Below, one piece after another: positions 12,001 through 18,310 of a DNA stretch of 47,285 bases; position 1 is the first letter of the stretch; each line of letters opens with the position of its first letter. Location of the stretch: NCBI GenBank assembly GCA_050258015.1, contig JBLMXZ010000093.1, positions 1-47,285 of the forward strand. Direction: 5' to 3'. A program made the translations under genes and the position numbers. The stretch comes from Deltaproteobacteria bacterium (GTDB lineage: Bacteria > Omnitrophota > Gorgyraeia > Velamenicoccales > Velamenicoccaceae). The notes under the pieces are model-generated. The model was not told the origin of the DNA. It worked only from the letters and a program-made list of their open reading frames with translations, and did no database searches.

Positions 12001-15000
12001 GCCGCCGATGCTCGTCACGCGCACCTTGAGCGTGTCGGCATTGGTGATGTCGTCGATGCCGGGCGTCCACGGATAAGGGCTGTTGGCCGAAGGATAGCTG
12101 GAGGTAATGGTGCGTGTATCGGAGGCGAAGTTGTCGGCGGAGTACTCGATCTTGATGTTGCCTATGGAGCCGGTCTTGGTCCATGTGATGTCGAAAGGCG
12201 TACCGACGGTCAGCGTGTTGGCGCCGTCCGGTGCCGTCAGGTCGATGGAACCTTTAAGCGTGCTGGCCGCGGTCGTCTCGACCTTGACGTCGGGGTTGCC
12301 GGCGTCCACCACGCGGAAATGGACCTGGGAGGAGATGTTGTCCGTCGGGGCCCAGGTCTTGCTCAAGCCCACAACGTCGTCGCCGATCTGCGTCCAGTTC
12401 GTCTTATTATTAAAGGAAACGAAGATGTCGAAAGCCGCGATGTTGCCGAACTTCGTCCACGTGATGTCGTACGGCGTGCCCACCACGAGGGTGTCGCCCG
12501 CGTCGGGATCCGGCGTCGACAGGAAGATGCTGCCCACGATGGCGTTGTCCGTATTCGAGACGTTCTCGTCGGTCGGGTCGGTGGCGCCTATCGGCAGGAC
12601 CTTGACCTTGACCGTGGCCGAAGGCGCATCCGGAATGGTCCAGCTGAAGCCTGTCGTCGGGCCGATGGAGGAATCCAGGTCTTCGGCGCCGGTGATGGCG
12701 GTCCAGACCGCGTGGGGCGCATCCGTGGAATAATACAGGGCCACATGACCCACCTGCCCCGTGCGGCTCCACTTTATCGTATAGGGCGTATTGATCGAGA
12801 GGTTGACCCCGCCGTCCGGCTGGGTAACATCCACCTTGCCCTTGATCGTAAACCAGCCGACGGACTGGTCCGAGACGGCCGAATCGCCGACCTTGGAGAT
12901 GCGCACGATGCATTTGTTGGAGAGCGTGCTGTTGGGGATCTGCCAGTTATAGGTAAGGGCAGCCTTGTCTATTTCGACGATCTCGTAAGGCGCCCCCACC
13001 GGCCAGGTCGATCCGCCGTCATCGGAATACTGGAGCTTGACCAGTTGTCCCGCCGCGAACCCCTTCGTCGTCCACGTGATGGCGTGGAGGTCCCCCACGA
13101 CCCATCCCTCCCCGCCCACGGGAGACCCGAGGGTCACGGTCGGTTTGATCTTGAAATCGGCGACGGAACTGTCCTGGACGGTGATGTCCAGCGCGTCGCG
13201 CACGCGGATACGCACGTGGTCGGAGACGACGGCCGAGCTGTTGGGGATGGTCCACGTGTAACTGCCGGCGGGTCCCGACGTCGACCCTACGACGGCGCCC
13301 GTATAACCGTTGTTACCGCTGTTGGTATCGTAGTCGATGGCGACGTTGGCGATCGAACCCGTCAAAGACCACGTGATATTCAGGTCCGTCTCCACTTCCG
13401 CGGAAAGCTCGGGATTGTTATCCGGGTAGCTCAGGATGACGCCGCCCTTGACCGCGAAGCCCGGGTCCTCCGTGACCGAATTGACATAGGTGCGGTCGGA
13501 GACCTGTTCGATCTTGAGCTTGCCCTGGGTCGTCGGCTGGTTGGGGACCGCGAGGGCATACGGCTGGCTCGTCCCGGCGTCTATCGTGGCCAGGGCCGCC
13601 CCGTACGCGCTGCCGCCGTCGGCGCTGAAGAAGATCTCGATATTACCCAGCGTGCCGGCGTAATTCCACGTCACGTCGATAGGGTCGCCGCCGATATAGT
13701 AGATGCCGCTCGTGGTGGGTGCCGTCATGCTTATCTTGCCTTTGATCGCGAAGCTCTCGGACTCCTTTTGGACCTCGGTCTCGTTGCCGACCTGCGTCAC
13801 CTTGATCTTGTTGTCCGTGCCGATGGTGTTGCGGCCGCCCCACGTCGCGGGAATCGTCCAGGTGTAGCTCTGCGGGCCGCTGGCGCCGGCCTCGCCGCTG
13901 GTGACGGGCAGGTACTCGGCCCCGCCGTTGTCGGAGTAATAGATGTTGACCGTGCCCAGATCGCCGCAGTTCTTCCACTCGATCAGGTGCGTGCTCGGCA
14001 GCGCGGCGCTGTTGACGCGCAGGGCGTCCGTGCCCGTGTTCGTAGAATCCGGCGAGGTGACGACGATCTTTCCTTTGATCGTGAAGTCCTGCGCGGAGGT
14101 GGCAGAGACATAGCTCGGCGCGTTGGCGCTCATGACCTTGACGCGCACGTGGCTGCCGATGGCGTTGGGGACCGCCCAGCTGTATCCGTCGAGGTTGGCG
14201 ATGGCCGCCCCGCCGGCGATAAGCTTATCATAACCGTCGTTGCCGCTGTTGGTGTCGTACGCGAGCTTGACCTGGCTGATGTTGCCGTAGGTATCCCAGG
14301 ATATCTGGTAGCTGTCCGTCGCGTCGTCCGGATCGTCGACCTCGAGGGTCTCCAGGCCGTTGGGTTGCGACAGGACCAGTTTGCCCTGGATAATGAGGGA
14401 ATTATCCGAGACGTCCGAGATGGTGGCGTCGTCGCTGAACTCGACCTTGAACTTGATATTCGCGTTGCGGTCGTTGGGGATGACGTTATCCGGTATGGGC
14501 TGCCACAGGTACGAGCGCGCGCCCGAGCCCGCCGGGTAATCCGTGACGATGGTGTTGTTGTACGGCTCCCCGCCCGTCGTCGAGTAATAGATATCGACCG
14601 AGGAGATGTCGCCCACCGCGGTCCACGTGATCTGGTGGTTGGTGCCGACCTCCCAGGTGGGCGTCCCATCGCCGTTCGACTCGCCCGTGATGGTGATGGA
14701 CCCCTTGATGCTGAAATCATAGGCGCTGGCGGCATAGACCGAGCTTTCCTTGCCGACCTGGTAGACCTTGACGCGCACGTTCGGCCCCACGATGCCGGCC
14801 ACGTCCTCTATCGTCCACTTGTAGCCGATATCCGCCCCGCCGGAAGGAATATTGTCCGAGGCGACGCCGTCGGCGATGAATCCCTGGTAATCGTCGCTGT
14901 CGCCGGGCGTGCCGTTGGCGCCCTTGCCGGAGTTGGTGTCGTAGCGCAGGTTCACCAGTCCGAAGCCCGCCGGGTTCGGCGTCCACTTGATATAGACCTC

Positions 15001-17727
15001 GTCGCCCACCTGATGGCTTATCCCCGTCGCGTTGGGATAGACCAGGACAAGGCTCCCCTCAACGGCGAAGAGTCCCGTTATGCCGCCCGTCCCGCCGTTC
15101 TCGTCCTCATCCCCATCGAGACCGACCCTTACCTTATTGGTCACCCCCATATGCGCCTGGACCGGCGTCCAGTTGAAATACCCCTGGCTCATCGGCACCG
15201 TTCCCAGAAGGATATCGTAGGAGGTCCCGCTGTTCTTGGACAAGCGCACGTTCGCGTCTCCGGAGAAGGTCCCGGTCGGCGTCCACTGGATGGTCTTCTG
15301 CGTCCCCACATGGAGCGTCTCGCCCGCGTGCGGCTCGGTCACCGAGACCAACCCCTTTATCTTAAAATTGTTGTCGCCCTCGTCATATATATAGGTATGG
15401 TCATGGTCCTGCACCCGGATCTTGACCGTATCGCTGATGGCGTCCGGGACCGGCCAGGAGTAGGGGCTCGCGTTCGGGATACCCGCGGGAGGCGTAACGG
15501 TCACCGCTCCCGTTCCCTTGTCGTAGAGGATGTCTACGGTCGTCACGGTCCCCTGCGTCGTCCATTCGATGTCATGGGTCGTGCCCACGCGCCAGACGAT
15601 GCCCGAACCGCTGGGCGTCGTCACGGTCAAGGTCTGCTGGATGGTAAAGTCCGAGCCCGAGGCGTCGCCGACGCTCGGAAAGTCTATGGAGACGACCTTG
15701 ATGCGGGCCTGGGAGGTGCCGGGCGCGGTCGGGGTCCACGGAAAGGGAGACGAGTCCGCCGCGATGCCGGCGGCGATGGTCTCGGTATAGGTGCCGCCCG
15801 AGTTGCGCGACAGCTTGATATCCACGCCGTTCGTCATGAAGGTCGAGCCCTTGACCGTCCAGATGACATCGTTGGATTCGCCTATCTTCCACGTCTGACC
15901 GCCTGTCGGCGCGGATAAGGTGATCTCGCCCGACACCGAGAAGTTGGAGTCCGAGGTATCGTAGACGCGGGACTCCTCGCCCACCTGCTCGACCCTCACG
16001 CGCACCTGATCGCCCAGGGGCAGCGGCCCCGTCGTCCAGTTGATGGCATAAGGGCTGGAGCCCGCGGCGAGGCCCGTGGCGATGGTCGTCGAATAGCTGG
16101 TGCCGGAATTCGTGCTGTACTTGAGGGCAACGGTACGGCCCGTCGTCGGGCCATAGAAGGTCCACTGAATATTCGTCGGGTCTGTATAGGCGATCGTCTC
16201 CCCGCCCACCGGGTAGGTCAAATCCAGCTTGCCGATGACCTCGAAGTTCGCGTCGGAGGTGTCCGAATAATAGGAGTCGTCGCCGCTCGCGTAAGAAGAA
16301 TCCCTCACCTTGATGCGTGTCGTAGCGCCGATGACCGCGCCGTCCGCCGCGGACGGCGTCCACGAATAGCTGGTGCTGCCGGAGCCGCTGTTGGTCACAC
16401 CCGAAGCCAGCGTGATGGGATACGTCCCTCCTCCGTCATTGGAAAGGAGGATGTTGACCGTCGCGACGCGCGCCGGCGCGTACCACGTGATGTCGTGCGC
16501 CTCGCCGCACTTCCACAGCTCCCCGCCGTTGGGCGAAAGGACTTTCATGGGCTCAAGCTGCACGCCGAAATAATCCATGACGGATATCTGGCTATTGTCG
16601 CCCCTCTCGGCGCGTATCGTGGTGTCATTGAGGAATTTGACGGCGGAGCGCGCAACGTCATTGGCCGTCCCGCCGCCGAAACAGTCCAGGGAGCTTACGG
16701 AGAACCGCCATTTGGAATTGAAGCTCCGGGAAAAGCCGAAATCCGCGTAACCGTAGGTGTTGGCGACCTTGGGCAGGAGACCGGAACCGTTCTGGGAAAA
16801 ACCGAGGCTGCCCAGCTCGATACAATAATAATAGATATCGCTCACCCCGCCGATGTTCCTCTTGTTGAAAACGACCGTCAGATCGGACCCGAGCGATCCG
16901 CGCCACCATTGGTCCAAGCTTCCGTCCGACGTTGTAAAGCTGAAGACCAAAAAGGCCTTGCTGCGGTCCACGGCCGTGGACAGGGTGCTGGTGACCATGA
17001 CGTCGCCGGAGGTGGCCTGGACGAGGCCGCACTGGACGGTCGAGTCGTCGCGCAGGTGCACGACCTGATACCACGCGTCGACGGCGTTGGTGGTGCCGGC
17101 GCGCCAGATCTTGATCTGGTCCTGCGTCGGCGCCGTGTTGTAGATGACCTGGGAGGCCAGCTGGATATCGATGATCTGGCCGGCGTTGTTGGAGGCGCAG
17201 TTCGTCGGATACGCCAAACTGAATGTCTTGCCTGAGGGGAAATCGTGGGTGAGGTTGACGGTCGCCGAGGTGGCCCCCACGGAAAAGCTCGCGGTGCCGC
17301 TCTCCACCTCGAAGGCGTCCGACACGACGACGTAATACTTGATGCCCTGGTCCGCCTCGGTGGAAGAGGCGTTGCGCAGGAACTCGATCTGGTTGTTGCT
17401 CGTGCCGCTCTGGGTGGAAGGATTAAAACGCGCGGCCCACGCCTGGTACTTGGGCGTGGTCTGCTGCGTGTAGAAGGTAAAGAAAATGACGGACCGGGTC
17501 GTATCGACGCTCTCCGACAAAGTCTCGAGCTTCTGGCTGAGGCTCTGCGTGCTGAACTCGCCCGAGAAGACGCGCGTGCGCGCCTCGGCAGACCCCGTCC
17601 CCAGGCCGACGATAAAGGCGGCCGCCAGGCACAGCGTTGTGAGGGTCCCCAGGAAGGCCTTGAGTCCGCGTCGTGCCGCTGTGCAACGCAGGGCCGCGCG
17701 CCGGCCGGTCCATGTCAAAGCCTCCAT
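1..17727 (-). CDS. Giant exported repeat protein (fibrillar adhesin-like); only the first 5,909 codons are present, the C-terminus lies beyond the left edge
   Basis: The minus frame whose codons end on coordinates divisible by 3 is open from ATG 17727 (GGTGAGGA just upstream) to base 1. The supplied track has no ORF in this frame, consistent with no in-window stop. Hand translation gives MEALTWTGRRAALRCTAARRGLKAFLGTLTTLCLAAAFIVGLGTGSAEA... (signal-peptide-like) at the start and ...HIGQYRTNTQEIVKIKEDLARI at bases 90-1. G/C third-position bias fits this frame. All long + strand ORFs here are Arg/Gly/Asp-rich mirror frames. Confidence 0.9.
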   Translation of the reverse strand, partial: MEALTWTGRRAALRCTAARRGLKAFLGTLTTLCLAAAFIVGLGTGSAEARTRVFSGEFSTQSLSQKLETLSESVDTTRSVIFFTFYTQQTTPKYQAWAARFNPSTQSGTSNNQIEFLRNASSTEADQGIKYYVVVSDAFEVESGTASFSVGATSATVNLTHDFPSGKTFSLAYPTNCASNNAGQIIDIQLASQVIYNTAPTQDQIKIWRAGTTNAVDAWYQVVHLRDDSTVQCGLVQATSGDVMVTSTLSTAVDRSKAFLVFSFTTSDGSLDQWWRGSLGSDLTVVFNKRNIGGVSDIYYYCIELGSLGFSQNGSGLLPKVANTYGYADFGFSRSFNSKWRFSVSSLDCFGGGTANDVARSAVKFLNDTTIRAERGDNSQISVMDYFGVQLEPMKVLSPNGGELWKCGEAHDITWYAPARVATVNILLSNDGGGTYPITLASGVTNSGSGSTSYSWTPSAADGAVIGATTRIKVRDSSYASGDDSYYSDTSDANFEVIGKLDLTYPVGGETIAYTDPTNIQWTFYGPTTGRTVALKYSTNSGTSYSTTIATGLAAGSSPYAINWTTGPLPLGDQVRVRVEQVGEESRVYDTSDSNFSVSGEITLSAPTGGQTWKIGESNDVIWTVKGSTFMTNGVDIKLSRNSGGTYTETIAAGIAADSSPFPWTPTAPGTSQARIKVVSIDFPSVGDASGSDFTIQQTLTVTTPSGSGIVWRVGTTHDIEWTTQGTVTTVDILYDKGTGAVTVTPPAGIPNASPYSWPVPDAISDTVKIRVQDHDHTYIYDEGDNNFKIKGLVSVTEPHAGETLHVGTQKTIQWTPTGTFSGDANVRLSKNSGTSYDILLGTVPMSQGYFNWTPVQAHMGVTNKVRVGLDGDEDENGGTGGITGLFAVEGSLVLVYPNATGISHQVGDEVYIKWTPNPAGFGLVNLRYDTNSGKGANGTPGDSDDYQGFIADGVASDNIPSGGADIGYKWTIEDVAGIVGPNVRVKVYQVGKESSVYAASAYDFSIKGSITITGESNGDGTPTWEVGTNHQITWTAVGDISSVDIYYSTTGGEPYNNTIVTDYPAGSGARSYLWQPIPDNVIPNDRNANIKFKVEFSDDATISDVSDNSLIIQGKLVLSQPNGLETLEVDDPDDATDSYQISWDTYGNISQVKLAYDTNSGNDGYDKLIAGGAAIANLDGYSWAVPNAIGSHVRVKVMSANAPSYVSATSAQDFTIKGKIVVTSPDSTNTGTDALRVNSAALPSTHLIEWKNCGDLGTVNIYYSDNGGAEYLPVTSGEAGASGPQSYTWTIPATWGGRNTIGTDNKIKVTQVGNETEVQKESESFAIKGKISMTAPTTSGIYYIGGDPIDVTWNYAGTLGNIEIFFSADGGSAYGAALATIDAGTSQPYALAVPNQPTTQGKLKIEQVSDRTYVNSVTEDPGFAVKGGVILSYPDNNPELSAEVETDLNITWSLTGSIANVAIDYDTNSGNNGYTGAVVGSTSGPAGSYTWTIPNSSAVVSDHVRIRVRDALDITVQDSSVADFKIKPTVTLGSPVGGEGWVVGDLHAITWTTKGFAAGQLVKLQYSDDGGSTWPVGAPYEIVEIDKAALTYNWQIPNSTLSNKCIVRISKVGDSAVSDQSVGWFTIKGKVDVTQPDGGVNLSINTPYTIKWSRTGQVGHVALYYSTDAPHAVWTAITGAEDLDSSIGPTTGFSWTIPDAPSATVKVKVLPIGATDPTDENVSNTDNAIVGSIFLSTPDPDAGDTLVVGTPYDITWTKFGNIAAFDIFVSFNNKTNWTQIGDDVVGLSKTWAPTDNISSQVHFRVVDAGNPDVKVETTAASTLKGSIDLTAPDGANTLTVGTPFDITWTKTGSIGNIKIEYSADNFASDTRTITSSYPSANSPYPWTPGIDDITNADTLKVRVTSIGGIPVSDVSQGAFKVIGGISNVQPSGATTVWVKGQSKEVTWTETGNIGAVDIKYKTASGDSFNKTIVTNDTGHADGANSYPLTVPDENSEDCWVRVYDHANNSVYGTSAEAFAIRPLITVSAPALGANIRVGSNNTNAVQWSRNGSAKVTSVNIAYSTNGVAGPFDKTIASNVDASLGQANWNGVANDVSNTVVVRVADTINTNVYGLSEIFNIVGGITVQAPNGNEDWPVGASRNISWTKTGTVGNVNIYVDYGSGYEISPINPSPIDAETVSVFAWNPIPDEVSNSCKIKIAAVNNPTVVVDESDAVFHIIGGFAFLTPDGSPLTSGDAYDITWTPTGTDVTEVKVEFYNGTSWSTLASNATNSGIYPWTVPSTTAATTCKVRLTASNPVQPATAKESSNFWIHGALSVTAPTSSAKWAVGSQQNILFNVTGKIDTVNIKYSKDGGTDNYAYTVASGYAVSAGANTYQWNIPTDQDILSATGAKLKIVDGAYTTVYGVSQNFMVKGAITVLTPSADNIVMTYGTGNPYAITWSTSGPVSDVRIYYSTNDGTTYPNEITTAAGVPATPASYNWDIPNLIVGKHMKIKVVDKANSEAYGVSDNTFEIIGQISLDAPAGTEKWTVGTNENILWTPTGTYTNVQVQASKDDFATYLLNVTRPAGATGVQQSYQWTNLPDSLTSNLKVRVYDPDHQPTVVRDTSDALSILGGLDVTAPESGQIWYKGETKQITWDASGTVTNVKIEYKTSLAGSYATIEANHGGHTAGANSYDWSVADLNSETCYVRVSDVNNYDDVFSVSVAPFSIRPKITVTAPGLGAVIRVGSNNTNGVQWNIGGSTKVTLVNLLYSTNGVSGPFDKTIANNVDATLGQANWNGVADNVSNNVVVKIVDTVNPNVYGLSEVFSIAGSITVSQPNGGNNWPVGTSQNITWAKTGTVGNVNIYVDYGSGYVVTPLATVDAESVSLWAWNPVPDHVSNTCRIKIADADNESIVFDESDAVFKIAGNFTVTAPVDQEILIVGSNYDITWSRQGSAITDVKIEYSTNNGTSWTTITDAASNTGSYPWTVQDAISNSCKIRVSDPNNSEAYDDSEGNFKIKGSLTVTSPNDGTESWNVASTYPITWTKTGSIASVNIYYSANNGTSWTKLNTLAVDASLGTWDWAISGSTPLTTQGLIRVENAADSSVKDESDNNFIVKGSVTLVTPSATGISLRVGDAYAITWTKAGAVQNVELHFSTNGGIVGGGAYAGGDLIATVPATDGSYSWSVPDRIGTNVRVRVRDAANSAVWDESDNVFEIKGKVLVNAPNGTEEWYVGDPHQITWTPTGTFAQVRLQYSTNAFATEDYTVNIVTLAAGASGVPQNYDWTVPDAITNTMKVRVKDTTNDTVADVSDATFIVRGRLTLLVPNGTEEWVVGGSQNITWSRAGSVTPVKLEYSTNGGSTYPFTIVASTNGLTGTYPWSVPDAISDQVRVKITDVNDSLVTDESDANFFIKGYVVLQTPNGGEAWGVGTTQNITWARYGSAVSNVKLEYSDNGGTSYDTVIIASTDAATGSYPWQIPDHINATMKIKITSTTDSTITDTSNNNFKIVGVLTVQAPNGGEQWGVQTQHNISWTMSGSISNVKIDYSTNSGQAYPNPVVASTPAGSLAYLWTIPDAVSNAVRVRVADASDSTVFDTSNADFSIEARFDVTSPDGGEVWVVGSSHDITWTKIGSTPNVKIEYSTDSGLNFPNTIIDSTPNTGSYPWVVPDVISSSLRVRVSDANNTDAYNDSEANFKIRGNITVAAPNGNEAWIVGSKYNILWTKTGSIANVKLEYSTDGGGTYPSLILASIGAGVGTYEWTIPDDRSQTCRVKVTDTTDSSVFDTSNADFKIRGNLVVTAPNGSEQWAVESLHDITWTRTGSIPTVKLEYSIDGGSTYPNTIIASTDASAETYPWTIPDTISNLARVRVVDTTDSTVNDISNANFKIMGVLELTSPNAGTEAWEVGSSHPITWNRTGSIANVKLEYSIDGGSTFPYTIAASVAAAGGTYTWNPVPDNMTTQGRVRVSATTDASVNDVSAADFKIIGKLTVTAPDGGEVWPVGTTQSINWTRVGTLLTAVKIDYSLDGGVTYPNAIVATTAAATGNYPWSVPDAISSSVRVKVTNVDDTNVFDASDANFKIRGDLILSAPNGSEVWLINSNHSITWVKNGSIGNARLDYSTDGGATYPYNITTSVNAALQTLNWVIPDRPSIQVRVKIADAGDATVFDFSDANFTIRGGFTITAPNGGEKWPVGSSQSITWNTFGSIANVKIEYSKNNGTNWSVISNSETNLGTYGWTVPDAISTQCLVRIYDIGDPNAVDVSDAVFKIHGTLNVTAPNGGEQWGVGTAQDIIWTKSGSIANVKLEYSTDGGATFPNLIVNATPAAALTYPWTVPDSISANVKIRITDSTDTDASDVSDGAFKIKGAFLLTAPNGGEAWIVGTTHDIAWTTFGTVGYVKLEYSTNAGTDWNQIVASVANNGTYPWTVPDTISTTCRVRVSDANDSSAWDISNNNFKIRGNLTLTAPNGGEKWNVGSSQVIAWDRVGSIANVRLEYSDNGGATYVPIINQTPNAGTYAWTVPDAITTQARVRVTNYDDSTVTDASNANFKIQGTFVISSPNGGEAWIVGSSHDILWSTSGTINFADLAYSTDGGATYPNGIVTSLGNIGTYSWTVPDNVSGSVRVRVADSSDDEAFDVSNGNFRIRATVILTAPLGGETYKVGSTYNITWTTIGSIPNVKIEYSRFNFLTDINTIAAAAANSGSYPWTVPDRISNTVKVRVSDPNDAGANAVSGSDFRIITGLTVTAPNGGQMWDVGSSHDITWTCTSAQANVPDVKIEYSVDGGATYPYILAATPNDGVWTWDPVPDTISANVKVRVSDLADSTAYDASDSALKIRAKFTLEAPNGGEVWTVAESHDITWSTVGTVANVKLDYSLNDFGAAVPIIASTANDGAHTWTIPDSISTNVKVRVMSIGDTDAYDISDAAFKIRGDLRITAPNGGELWLINQNSAITWVTTGTIANVKLLYSMNSGATYPNTIVASTGNTNSYSWLIPDTATPSARVRIENTSDDTVYDTSDANFRIRGFFTLTSPNGGEEWVVSTAHNVTWVKGGTIGYKLLYSTDSGATYPNTIVTQADPAQNTGSYSWTIPDAISLTARVRIEDPNDAMTNDESDADFTIRGDFAVTAPNGGERWIALETRPITWATNAGTISDVKLEYSKDNFVSDVQTIIASTPNDGSYDWLVPDDRSASVRVRVSDVNDPRVYDVSNAAFTIDYYTITFELRDLLTNEALTNLSAVEKITGTENIVWQASGLTSPVVHEVPYGFYTTSFVATGYGEKALNYDFQDGKTDQAFTLYLETTTVHIWRAYSDFAYEPSTSTSSDALNVTSWLERDGFVVSGATDVTVEIYDGGTLIQTVSDNSPNAAGFFDMRWTPTTLQSGKAYGTITKITNASGAVFKTPGSFQVTEAQRLQDTQKAVEQMRDVTLPAFQTGISTLITDKMDTQENLITDKLDTQAVLITSKMETQTQLITTKMDQQQQIITDKTNLMVSTVNATLSSFETKSQEAIGKLQTGATKAVEAGENLEATAKRYSWKATVSPNPSLPGDLLTFSCQGPTRLTPVLSVYNYDNKAILIEKPMTEKETGLYVYDQLKADTGVFTPGKAYTYVITEPITGGLVSGSGTVESTSITAIAGLAAAAPEAERASKKVLEAVTTLQDVLVSDNAVNIGLALTNLQQSVEELPELLGKQMDKGSQAKLLNQVADRLKTLVGDSEGIDLQSMLEDALGENPTIKEIQSKTEAISGVIKFLSQLFEAKLGGMDTPVVSTSLAPGSVKFRIAVANPSSTRVQTVPVKVYLPAEVKPGDIMDLAGLTLEYDSQKSIYYVYSDGVELAPLESRLFEVEVEDIWFVDKNELASLRKQTEVALERLKNTDYFEAARLIGAQITERLDAIVKSETNDESMSRERHIGQYRTNTQEIVKIKEDLARI
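1325..1490 (-). repeat. Five in-frame 33-nt (11-aa, hendecad) repeats in the post-array coiled-coil region of the giant CDS
   Basis: ggtgatcag-type cores at 1336, 1369, 1402, 1435 and 1468, exactly 33 nt apart. Translation: LITDKMDTQEN LITDKLDTQAV LITSKMETQTQ LITTKMDQQQQ IITDKTNLMVS. Confidence 0.8.
2150..16550 (-). repeat. In-frame array of about 49 tandem ~93-100-aa beta-sandwich (Ig-like; Kre9/KNH-type 'Ser-Thr-rich GPI-anchor family'-like) domains inside the giant CDS
   Basis: Period ~282-300 nt. The + strand motif gccgccgttggg (PNGG on the minus strand), or degenerate versions, recurs near 2392, 2680, 2963, 3243, 3533, 3815, 4097 ... 15908, 16210, 16527 (counted by eye). Verified unit (4693-4983): FKIHGTLNVTAPNGGEQWGVGTAQDIIWTKSGSIANVKLEYSTDGGATFPNLIVNATPAAALTYPWTVPDSISANVKIRITDSTDTDASDVSDGAFKIKG. 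The family name is from memory of the motif pattern, not a search. Confidence 0.85.
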
Positions 17728-17788
17728 GGTCCTCACCTGCCTTTCGGGGCTAACTCCGTTGGGATATTTAAGGCTGTTATCCATCTTC

Positions 17789-18310
17789 CTATTCTTCCTC
17801 GGGCTCCACTTCCTGGGCAAAGGTCACGACCGGCAGCACCCAGTACGCGACCACAACGTCCTTCATCGCCACATCCGGCGCCAGCTCGAACTCGATCAGA
17901 TAGGCATCCGGCTGCTCGATGACCTCTTTGCCCTCCTCGCGCATCTTCTTGCGCATGCCCTTTCTCATGACCTTGGTCAGGTCGAGCGCCGCCGCGCCGG
18001 CCTTCTTGTCGGCGCTGCGCAGGACGGCCTGGCTGCCGGAACCCGGCAGGGCCGTCGCCGGATCGTAGAGCTGATAGAGCTTCTCGATCGCGACCGCGTT
18101 GTACTGCTCGTCCAGGTCCCGCATGTCCGTGGAGCGCACGCGCGCCGCGGCGACCGGGATGCGGGCCGCCTCCCCTTCCGGAAGGGCGATCGTGCCCGGC
18201 GTCACCTGGATGACCATCGCCTTCTTGACGGGTTGCGGCTCTTCGGCGCCCGCCCGCGCCGCCGCGAGGAAAACAGCGGCCAAAGCAAAACAGAAGATTT
18301 TCGTTTTCAT
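17789..18310 (-). CDS. Small secreted hypothetical protein (173 aa) with signal peptide and acidic C-terminus
   Basis: ORF track. N-terminus MKTKIFCFALAAVFLAAARAGAEE is signal-peptide-like. The ATG overlaps the upstream stop as ATGA (18307-18310). The stop lies 61 nt before the giant gene start. No family recognised. Confidence 0.75.
   Translation of the reverse strand: MKTKIFCFALAAVFLAAARAGAEEPQPVKKAMVIQVTPGTIALPEGEAARIPVAAARVRSTDMRDLDEQYNAVAIEKLYQLYDPATALPGSGSQAVLRSADKKAGAAALDLTKVMRKGMRKKMREEGKEVIEQPDAYLIEFELAPDVAMKDVVVAYWVLPVVTFAQEVEPEEE

Noticed and set aside
64-15918. Long + strand ORFs in the track (64..2664, 3100..4710, 4933..10047, 10255..15918), up to 1,887 aa
   Set aside because: Their translations are Arg/Gly/Asp/Val-rich and low complexity, with no recognisable motifs. 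They lie exactly antisense to the open, motif-rich minus frame. They are typical shadow ORFs of a GC-rich gene with G/C third positions.
2150-16550. Regular ~285-nt periodicity that could be mistaken for a CRISPR array or a satellite
   Set aside because: The units are diverged, contiguous, in frame and encode a conserved protein domain. There is no repeat/spacer alternation and no cas genes.
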